Below, in pieces: positions 15,001 to 27,000 of a stretch of 64,000 nt of DNA. The translations under genes and the position numbers were made by a program. How positions within the stretch are numbered: the first letter of the stretch is position 1; every line of letters begins with the position of its first letter. The DNA is taken from NCBI GenBank assembly GCA_002011125.2, contig MTMF02000009.1, positions 1,096,989 to 1,160,988 of the forward strand, given 5' to 3'. The notes beneath the pieces are model-generated. The model did not search any database. It was given only the letters and a program-made list of their open reading frames with translations, and was not told where the DNA came from. The DNA comes from Candidatus Hydrothermarchaeum profundi. Lineage in GTDB: Archaea > Hydrothermarchaeota > Hydrothermarchaeia > Hydrothermarchaeales > Hydrothermarchaeaceae.

Positions 15001-18000
15001 CAGGAGGGACTGATGGAGACCTCTACTATGTTAATAGAAATACCACAGATAATCTAGTCATTACTATTATGGGTGGACTATCAAGCAATGCTTGGTCTTT
15101 AAATGAATCACATTCGCTGGATAGTAATTTCACGAGAGGGGAGGAGAATATAACGATTAGGGCCAATATCACAGATGAGTGCAGTGCATTAGTTTCAAGT
15201 GCAAATGTGGAGTTCACACTTTCTCAGGGCAGCCAAAATTACACTTGTAATGTTGTAGAGGAAGCTTCCCAAGTGGGATACTATAATTGTACGATAAGCA
15301 CGAATGATACATGGTCAGCGGGGTGGTATAATCTTACCGTCACCTCATCGAAGTCAAATTATCAGATGGATAGTAATCTAATAGAAAACTTCCTTTTCAT
15401 AGAGACAAAACCAAAGCTGACAGAACCTAATGTAACAACCTCTAACGGGAGCAACGTTGGCGGTTATTCAGAAATATTCAACTTCACAGTAAAACTCACA
15501 GATGAAGATTTAGATGAGGTTACAGTATACTTCTGGTATAAAAAAGTTGGAGATAATTGGACTCTACTTGGAACTGAACAGGCATCGGGTATAGGGGTAG
15601 TTGTATATAAAACCTTAACTCAGAAACCCCTTGGAAATTATCTTGCTAAGTTTAATGCTACTGATCCACGGGGATATATCAATGAGACAGAAACTGTAAA
15701 CTTTACTATTGAGGGGGATGATGTAAACTTCATTGCTCTTGAAGGAAATGGTTCTTCAGTTGTTAGGACTAGCGGGAGTGTAAATCTCACAGTGAGGGTT
15801 ACAGATCTAGATACTGATCCAGAAAGCGTGGTTGACGCATTCACTCAGGGCAAAATATGGGTTACCACCGATGCAGAATTAAATATTTGGGACTCCGGTA
15901 TTTCAGCGCAGACTTACCCGGACTCTGATGGAGTACTGAGGACTCTCTCCGATGAGCAAATAACATTTTCACCTGACTGTAATTATAAAGTAGGAATCCA
16001 AAAGTGGAAGGCAGGATTAACGGATACCGGTGACAAGTACAAAGAGCAGAATTCAAGTGAATGGTTAGTAACTATAACATCTTCTCTCAACGCCAACATA
16101 ACTTATCCAATTAATAAGACGTTCCTAAGAGGAGACTCAATACTAGTTAACGGTACTGTGGGAGACGAGTGCACAACAAGTGTTGAGGGAGCTAATGTAA
16201 CCTTTAATCTAACACACATGAGTACTGGAGATAACCTAACATGTCAGGCACAAGACGATGGCGAGGGTAACTATTCATGTACAATTTCGACCACAGGGTT
16301 AAGCGATATATGGCTTGGTTATTACAGCATCACAATGATAGTGGAGAAACCTCACTACACGTCGGCCTATGATTTTGAAAATCGATCACTATTTTTGGCA
16401 TCCGCTCCGGTAATAGATTCTGCAACCCTTACTTTACCGAAAGGAAAAGTATCAGAAGCAAAATGGGGAGATGGAATATATCAATGGGATATAAACATCA
16501 TAGACAACGACCAAGACAATGTTACTGTAGAATTGTGGAAAAAAATAGGGTCTGGCAATTGGGTTAAAATAAACTCCACGGTTTCAGTATATCCAGCTAG
16601 AACGATTTCCTTTAAGCATTACCTAAATTGCAGTGATATCGGCACCAACTATTGGAAAGTGAATGTAACTGATATTTGGGGATATACTGCTACCACAGAT
16701 GGTACTGATAACTTCGGAGTTGACAAAGATGATACCACGGCAGTTCAAGTAACTCCTGACGGAGTAGAAGTTAATAGATCTGATACAGAGCCTGGTAATA
16801 CTTTGATAATTACTTATCGCATTTGGGATTCATCTAAAGGTGACTACGCTGAGGGAGCAAATGGATTCTTTAATATAACTTATGACGGGGTAAATCAGAC
16901 TCCCAACCGGTATAATACTAGCGACTCAAACGGTTATGTCCGATTTTACTTTAATCCTGAAAATAACTTCTCAGTAGGTCCTCAAACGTGGAGAGGAGGC
17001 GTAATAAATGATGGTTGCTATTATGACTCGAATGTATTAGAGAGAACCCTTTACATAAACGGTACTTTAACCCTAAACTTAACTCAACCGGCAAATGGCT
17101 CTGTCTTCGCAGTTAATGATAATATTACTATAAGATTAAATATCTCTTCGGACGGTAGTGAAGTTCCTTCCGATGCCGTAGTTACTATTCAGTTGATAGA
17201 CAAGAACAATAACGTAGAATCATGTACGCCTGTGTTAAATGAGGGAGGTGAAAACGCAAGCTGGTTTAACTGTACATGGGATACGACTGCTCATGTTGGT
17301 GGAGCATGGGATATACTGGTAAATGCTTCTAAATCTTATTTCAATTTTAATTCAACGTTATTTATTGACTGGTTTAATTTGACTAATACTCCGCCCAGCA
17401 CGGCTAATATAAATGTAACTCCGAGTATAGGAGGCTGGGGGAGGAACTTTACTTTCACAATTGACGTAGATGATACCCAGAACGACGATGTAACATGTAC
17501 GCTTTATACAAACACTACCGGAGTGTGGATTGAGAGGGGAAATGACACGGTGTATGGTGGGCATGGAACCTGTACAGTTACCGTTTCTCCTTTCTTGGGT
17601 AATGGTTTTAATTATTCTGATGTAGGAAATGATAACTATTTCAAGTTCAGAGTGGATGATAAAACGGAAGGTAATGTATTTGAAGTAAATTCTTCTGGAC
17701 CAATAATAGAAAAAGATACTATACAGCTAATTTATATACAGGGCGATAATTCCGAAGTAAACCGCTCTAACTCACAGACAACAACATTTGTATTATTCGT
17801 AAATGACACTGATAAAGGCATTGGAGTGCAAGACCCGAACGTTTCTGTAAAATTTAATGTTACAACAGACGGGAGTAGTTATAATTTTGACGGTGAGAAC
17901 TATACTAATTCCTCTGGCTATGTGATTTACTACTTTGACCCTGGTGATATTTACAATATAGGGATACAAAACTGGACTGCATATGTTGTCAATGATTTAG

Positions 18001-21000
18001 CTTATAAGAACGCAGTTTTGGGGGTATATACTACTACCATTCTCGGGGATCTTAATTACCAGATTGAGGAGCCGCAAGGATCTAGGATATTGAGAGGTAA
18101 CAATGTCACAATAAGGCTAAATATAACAGATGACCGTAGTACACCGCAGTTAGTTCCTAATGCTGCAGTAAAGATAATTTTGACTTCAAACTTGACCGGG
18201 CAGAGCTTTGTTTGTAATGTTAATAATGAAACCGGAGCAAATGCTGGGTACTATAACTGTACATTTGAGACAAATAGTACGGTTCCAGCAGGAGCTTATA
18301 ATATCACGGTTGAGGCCTCTAAGAGTTATTATAATAATATTAGTGAAGATGTTCCTTACATCGCAGGCGTAAGTTCATTTTTCCTTGAAACTAAACCGCA
18401 TATCGAAAACCCGGTATTGATCACCACTACAGCAAATGGTTCATTAGGAGACGGAGGTTGGGGAGAGGATTACAACTTCAGCGTTTATGTATATGACTAT
18501 GATATGGATACTTTAACGGTAAAACTATGGATTAACCTCAGCACTGGATGGACACAAAAAGGTACAACATTAGTTGATGGTAATGGAACGGTTTCATTCA
18601 TTTTCAACGACGTTGACACTATAAACAAGGATGAAGTAGGTGATAGAAGCTTTTACTTCTGGGTCAGTGACTCGATATATAACAATCAAACTGATTACCA
18701 GAACTTTACAGTAGGAAAGGACGATGTATCATTTACCTTGATATCTGGAAACTCCACTTTCAACAGGTCAACTCCTGGAGATTACTTCTTGAATGTGAGC
18801 ATTTATGACTCTGACTTAGGAGTTAAAATGGAAAGTGGCATAACTACTAATTTTTGGTACACCAAAGATGGAAGTACATTTGTTAGAAGCCCCAATGAGT
18901 TTACCGACTCTAATGGTGAAGCAAAAACAAAAATTACTATAAGTTGCGGCGGAGGATTCTCCGTTGGTCCACAATACTGGTTTAATGAGTTTTCAGGAGG
19001 AGCTTATTATAAGCACGTTAACTCCACGATTTATACCTATACTGTTGTGACAGAGCCTTTGACAGCCGTTATAGAGACACCTAACAATGAGGAGCCGCAT
19101 CTTAGAGGAGCTTCTGATCCTATAAACATAAGTGTAAAAGTCACTGATGATTGTGGAGGGGTTGAGAATGCTTCACTAGTAATTAATATCCTCGGACCCA
19201 GTATTAAAGAATGCACGAATATAGTTAATATAAGTGGAGGGTATTATAATTGCACTGTATCTGATACTAGTACATATTCTTATGGAATTTATAATGTTAC
19301 ATCAAATGTCACTAAAGCATTTTATAACGGAACATATGTTATAAGTGAGAGTGCTTTTGCTATAGCTTCTGCTCCAGGTTTGCCTACTATCTGGGCGGAT
19401 ACTCCTCAAACACCTTACTACACCGATAATAGTTGGGGAGAAACATGGAGATTCTACGCTAGAGTGGAAGATGCCGATGGCGGTGATGTGAACGTTACTC
19501 TATGGAGCAATAAATCTGGTGCGTGGGAGCTAGTGAACTCTACTATGTGTTATTCCTGCTATGGTGGCGATATCTACTTCTATGAAAATAATCTCTTTAC
19601 AGGCGACGATATAGGAAAACAATACTTCAAATTCAATGTAACAGATCAATATAATTATACTACGGAGTCTCTAGATAATGTAACCGTAAATCCGGATGAT
19701 TTAGAAATTAACATAATCTCTGGCTTTTCTGAAACTGTAAATAGAGAAGGGAATGATACTGCACTCTTTGTAATCAGAATTAAGGATAAAGATAGAACTA
19801 AGGCATTAGGCATCGATGTTTATCTAGGAGAAGGGAGGAGTGGAATGTTCTGGGTGACAACGTCTGGAATAGAAAACGGGCCGGTTGATTCAGGAACATC
19901 GAATACTACTGAGTCTAATGGTTATTTGCGGTTAAACTTTGATCCAGATTCAAATATCCATGGAGTAGGGCTACAATACTGGGATGGAGGTATAATTGGA
20001 GATCCATGGTATACAAGTAGAAACTTATCACAAGATAAGGGCCAGAAATATGAGGTTACCATAATCGGGCAACTTAAAAATAACATAACTAATCCTACTT
20101 ATGGTACTAATATTACTGTTGGAAGTTTAGTTGATATTAATGTGAGTATTTTCACGGATAATTCCACTCAGGATTATCAAGAGAATACTAGTGTTGTGAT
20201 AAAAGTAAAATCATCAACTGGAAGCTGGATTAATTGTGAACCAGTAATTAGCGAAGGTGATGGGAAATACACTTGCACGTGGGATACAACCGGATTAGAA
20301 GGTGGCAATTGGAGTATCCTGGTTAATTCATCTAAACAATATTATAATGATAATGCTACGATATTCTGGAATTGGACGTATCTCAAGAACACTCCTCCAA
20401 ATGCAACAGGTCTGAAGGTTAGTCCGAGTACAGGTGGCTGGGGCGAGAATTTCACGTTTTCAGTGAATGTTACTGACGCTCAAAATGATACAGTAACCTG
20501 TACACTCTATACCTCTAATGATAATGGAGCTACATGGATTTTACGAGGTAATGACACCGTTATAGACACGTATCCCGGGCCAGCTATATGCTCAGTGCAA
20601 GTCTCACCATATTTTGGAAATGGATTTAACAGCTCGGATATAGGGAAGAATCATACCTACAAGTTTGAGATAAAGGATACAACTATTGGGAACGAGTTTA
20701 ATGTATCACCAGTTTCAGGTCCTCAGATAGAGCCAGACGATGTTACGATAGTCTACGTATGGAATAGTAGCGACATAGTGAATAGAGATACAGGAAATAT
20801 CGACTTTATTTTGAAGGTTTATGACAATGACCTTAAAAACTATGCTGAAGGAGCTAATATCACTATTTGGATAACTACAGATGGAAGTAATTATAGTGGT
20901 AACTCAAGTTTAACTAACAGTTCTGGAGATATACTTATCAGTTTTGATCCAAGCTGTGATTATACCGCAGGAGTACAATACTGGTTTGGCAATATAACGG

Positions 21001-24000
21001 ATTGGAGATTTAAATCTGCTAATACTTCTATTTATCTCTTAACTATAATCGGGAGCCTTGATAATCCATTTACACAACTTACTACACCTAATGTTGGATC
21101 AGAATTTTTGAGAGGAGAAAATATATCCTTCTCCGGTAGCGTTTATGATGACTGCTCTAATATTGTTAATGACGCAAATGTATCCTTCATATCTACTCAC
21201 ACTTCTTCTGGCAATGAATATCTATGCCAAGCCACCTACAACAATACGGACCAAGTATACAAGTGTACAAGAAATACTTCGGGAATGGAAGCTAGGTATT
21301 ATAATGTCACAATGAACATATCTAAGGCATACTACGATGACTACGCTATAACTTATGAAAACAGGTTTTACATAATAACTGAACCCGAATTTTCAGGTAT
21401 CTCTGTGAATCCAACCCAAGGAGGTTGGGGCGAAGTATTCTCCTTTACAGTTAATATAACTGATGACGACCTTGATAATGTAACATTATGGTTATATGCC
21501 CGGAGATACGGTACAGCTGAATGGAATAATCTAAACTCCACAAGCATTGTTGGAGCATTGAACGAGACAGTAACTTTGACAGCGAGTCGCTTTGATTCAG
21601 TTACATATAATGCGTGGCAAGGACCTGATAATGAAACTTGGGAGTTTGTATTTAGAGCAAGGGATAATAGCTCTAGGAACAATGATCTTTACAGTTCTAC
21701 AGTAAACTTCACAATAGAACAGGATGATGTAAGGTTTGAGATAGTCTCAGGCGACGGAGAATCGATATGGAGAAATGGTACGGATACTGAAAGACTTGTG
21801 GTAAGAGCAATAGATGCTGACACTAATCAACCATTACCGGCGAGTATGAGCATAAATTTCAGTATAACAGTAAATGGAACTGACTTTGAAACTTCATTCA
21901 AAAACATAACCAACAGCTCGGGATATGCGGTATACGAGTTTAGTCCAACCTGCAGTTATACAACAGGAATACAATATTGGAAAGTAACCTCAGATAATAA
22001 CCAGTATTACAAAAATAGTGAATCGGACAATTATACAATCATACTTTATGGAAATCTATCTTCTACAATAGAACTTCCAGATATATCTGTTCCAGGATAT
22101 AAGGCATATGCTTATCTTAGAGGTACTGATGTACCGATCTCAGGTTTATTAGAGGATGACTGTGGGAATCCTGTTGAAAATGCAACTGTAACATACACCA
22201 TAGAAAAAGGAAATCCCGTAAAAATTGCTCCAGGCGCTTCTGTCGGACTAGGTTACTATAACTATACATGGACAGAGTCAGGAGGCAAACCCTATGGCTA
22301 CTACAATATTACTATGAGTTCTAGCAAAGACTATTACGCTAGCAATACCACAAAGAAAGAAAACGCCTTCTATTTGGCGGATGATCCGTATCTCGGAACC
22401 CCTGCGCTTACAGTAGAGGATGATTATGGATGGGGTGAGGACTTCACATTTTCAGTACCTCTTGAGGATTGGGATGGCGACATTGTTAATGTAACTCTAC
22501 TAAAGAAAAAAGAAGGAGAAAATTGGACGGTAATTGATTCTAAGAATGCTACTACTTCTACGGTGCAATTCATCGAGAGCTTTACTCCAGACGACATGGG
22601 ACTAAACTATTACAAGATAAATGCCACCGATCCATGGGGCTTTTCTACAGAAAGCACCATTAAGAATTTCACGATAATCGAAGATGATATAGCGGTGTAC
22701 ATAAATGAGGGCGGAGGCAAAGACGTAAATAGAAAGACAGGTTCACAGCTCCTAGAGGGCTGGTTTAAGGATATAGATACGGGGCAAGGGGTTCCAGATG
22801 GAGTTGAAGGTAAAATTTGGGTAACCCTTGATGGATCAACTTATACTTTAGAATTTACTTGTAATACAACAACAAAGAATTCTATACCTGGTTACTGTGG
22901 AGTTTACTATACTCCGCCATGCAGCTCTGAGGTGGGTACGCAGTATTGGAAAGTAGGTGTAACTGACAGCAGATACAAATCTGTTAATGCTAGTGATAGC
23001 ATCACAGTGAAAGGACAATTAAACACAACGGTAGTAAGCCCAGATGACGGAATAATCCTAAATCGTGGAACTACAGAAGTCTTACTTAATGCGACAGTAT
23101 GGGATGAATGTGGAAATGAAAAAACTTATGAACAAAATCTTGAGGTAAGATGGTATAATAGTACATCAACAGTAAGTTCTAATTTACTGGTAACAGGCAA
23201 TAATGTGACTTGGCAGGTTCCCGATAATTATGAGTTAGGCCCAGAGACTATATACGCAGATGCAGGTAATCTACCGAACTATAATAACGCCAATACAAAC
23301 TGTGAAGCGTATTGCGGTAATGTATCGGTTGATATTTATGGCTGGAGTCAATTATACTCTATTGCCCCTGTTAATGGTACTATACTACAAGCATGGGAAG
23401 GCAGAGAAGATATCCGGTGTGTTGTGAAAGATCCTGATTTAGAGTGGCCAGGTTGGATCGTAGGTTACCCCGTAGAGTTCTTTAAAGATGGAATTTCCGT
23501 ATGGAATGATACAACAGATGATAATGGGGAAGCTATTTGGGGAAGACTAATCGCATCTGAAGGCTGGTACTTGGCGGAGGAGAGCTATGGTTGGCATAAT
23601 ATAACGTGCAGAATAAAAGACAACGCATCTAAATTTTATAATGTTTCAGTATCTGAGATAAGCTCATTAATATTTGTGAATAGAACCTTAGTTCTTGATG
23701 ATTTTTCTGCAAATCCTGCAACAATATATAGAAACGATTCATTTTCGCCTAATGAAAGCGTGATTTCAGTTACTTTAATTGATTCTGATGCAACTATTGG
23801 TGGAGAAGAGAATGCGACTGTATTCTTCTATAATCACACTATGGACTATATTGGCGAGTGCAAAACTGATAGTAGTGGGACTTGCTCAATCATATTTAAT
23901 CCCTCAGATACGATAGCTCCAGGTATATATGATATATATATGAATGCTACTTCTTCTGATCCTAAGGTTGCTAATTTAAGCATCAGTAAGATTTCTTTAA

Positions 24001-27000
24001 CTGTGCTCGGCAAGTTAAATGTTAATATAACATCGCCAGAGCCTAGAACATACACTAAATATAGCAGCATACCTCTAACTGCAATAATTACTTCAGAAAA
24101 TGGAGATCAAATAACAGATGCTTATGTCGCCTGGTATAACTCAAGTGGGGATATAATTGCAGTAGGTAATGGAAGTGAGACGTGGAGTACCGGGAGTTTA
24201 GCGGTTCAAAAAACAGGGGAGCAGGTTATAACAGCAAATGCAAGCAAGGACTATTACGATAGCAATTCTGGGGTTGTGACTATAGTGATTGGCGGAGAGG
24301 CTAAGGTTGAGTATCTTGCTCCGAAATCAGATACAAATTATCCAGATCCTATTAGCATATCATGTCTAGTAAAAGACGTCACCTATGATACTGGAATTGA
24401 AAACTATACCGTTGACTTTTGGAAATCTTATTCTGGAGAAGAGTACACTTATCTGAGTACAGAGAAGACTAATTCTTCGGGCATAGCGAACTATACCTGG
24501 GTGCCTCCTAAAAAGGGCACAGTCACTTTCAGATGTAATATAACAAGTGAGAGCAACTATACAGTGAATTCCACTAGGGGAGATAATGTATCCTCCTTTA
24601 CTATCACAATTAGGGATATAAAGCCGCCTACAATTTCTAGTGTAGTCATTTATCCCAATCAGAGCTTCGAGGCCTATACGACTGTCAATATTTCAGCAAA
24701 TATCACCGACGATTCAGGTATTGAAAACGCATGGGTACGAATTATTACGCCGAATGAGTCTGTTGTCATAATAGATATGCAAAATGTTTCTTCGATTTAT
24801 TCAGCTCAATATGACCCTCCAGTTGATGGCAGATATAAAGTTGAAATACACGCTGTAGACTTACCGCCTGACAGCAACGAGAATATGGTTTACAGCTATA
24901 TCTACGTATGGGGTAAAGCAAATGCTACGTTAAATAATACACCAATAAGTGTAAATCTATGGAATGTATTCTACAATAAAGGAGAAACATTTGAACTTTC
25001 ATTGAATTTCACAAATTATGGTAATGGCACAGCTTATGCCGTGAATATCACCTATAATGACACAGATCCTGAAGTCGATTTAGAATTCATTCCAGATTCT
25101 TGGGAGTGTGGAAATGTAAACAAGAGCGAAAGCTGTGCTATTAATGTAAATGTTACAATACCCTCTGCGACTACCCAGAGAACTATCATAGTACAAGCAA
25201 ATGCTACTTGGAGGAATCCAGACAGAACCATTAATATCTCGACCGTGACAACTGCAGCGGTTGTTAAAGATAATAGAGTAATAGAATTTGCTGTAATACC
25301 TGATATGCCCTTTATAACTCCCCACGGGACAATTAGCTCAACAAGTATTGTGCTCCTCTCGTCGGGCAATGCTAATGTAGGTAAAACCAATGTCAGTGCT
25401 AGAGACGGAGATGAAATTAATAAACTACATGATTACTGTCCAGATTGTAAAGTTAGAATTGAAAATGAGAAAATCTATTATATCAGCAGCCTGCCATGGG
25501 GGACAAACAAAACAATGCTCCTCACAGTTGAAGTTCCCACCTATCAGCCTCCTGGAACTTATATTACTCACGTCTGGGCAGAACCTGAAAACGCGGCTAG
25601 TATACAGTTCCCATTAACGATAGAGATTCCGGGAAATGCCTCTTGGCAAGTTTCACCCAATGATCTCGGTAATACTACCTCCTTCGTTCCTCTTCCAGGG
25701 CAGTATACCGAGGGTAAGATAGGAGACATAGTTATTACCAATATCGGAAATGTCAGAATCGATTACTCAGCTTCTACTCCAAGCATATCTGATATGAACG
25801 GTACTACGATACAGGCCATATTCACAGATACTGGTACCTCTGAGAACTATGCATATCCCGGAAATTCTATAGTACTGGAAGTAAACTACTCTATCCCATA
25901 TACTGCTGAAATGGGCACATACTGCGATAATATAAGAATAGATGTAACTAACGCTGAGTCAGTACCGCCAGAAGAAGCTGAACCCACATGGATATATATC
26001 CCCTTCTGCTTGGAGGTTACGGAGCCCAAGACTTACTGGAATCACACTCCAGAAGTAATTTCAGCGGAAGTTCTCCATGGTACAAGCGGTTATTTAGCTA
26101 ACGTAACCATAGTCAATACTGGTAATACGCCAGCGATTATCCATGTTTCTACTAATGGCTCAATATCCACTAATATCACTAATATTAGCTTAGAGGTGGG
26201 GGAATCTATATCGGTGCCTCTAAACTACTCAGTAAATTATACTACTCAGCGGATATACGATATCTCCTACCTCATAACGGATAATGAAACAGTTAATATT
26301 ACACGGTATACGATAGTAAATCTAACAGTCCACCCATATTCATTTGAGATTACTTATCCTACAGAAGCGGATAGAGCCGTAAATAAAGTAGCAGGAGAAA
26401 TATTAACAATACTCGTGAACGCTACATATGGAATGCCTATATCTTCAGGAATGAAGTTTACTGTTGAAATATCAAATGAGACGGAAACTATAATTTTCAA
26501 TGATTCCGAAGTCAATTCCAGTTATGATCCAGATACAGGGTTATGGGCCATTAATGTAACAATTCCAGAACTTGGAGATCCAAGTGCACCTGAGAGAGTG
26601 GCGAGCATAAATGTTTCAGCCAACTATACGGATATTGGATTTGTCCTATCAGATTACGAGCAAAACGCGTTAGTTTATAAAGACACAGTTAAGCCTATTT
26701 TATTCGTTTCGGTTACCCCTTGGTTTGGCTTAATAAATGACACAATAAACCTCTCTGTAATGGCTACAGATGCCGGAGGCATTAATAAGATCTCTGGAAA
26801 TGTGACTATTGAAAATGAAACCTATGATCTAAATTTGACATATACCGGTAATTATGAAAACACATATACATACGAAGGGAACTTCAATAATACCCGCCGA
26901 TCCGGCATATATCATGTGAGCATAGTAGCGTGGGATACTTCAAATAACTCGGAAATAATTGAAACAGATTTCGGTATATATTCCCCAATAAGTATAGGAG

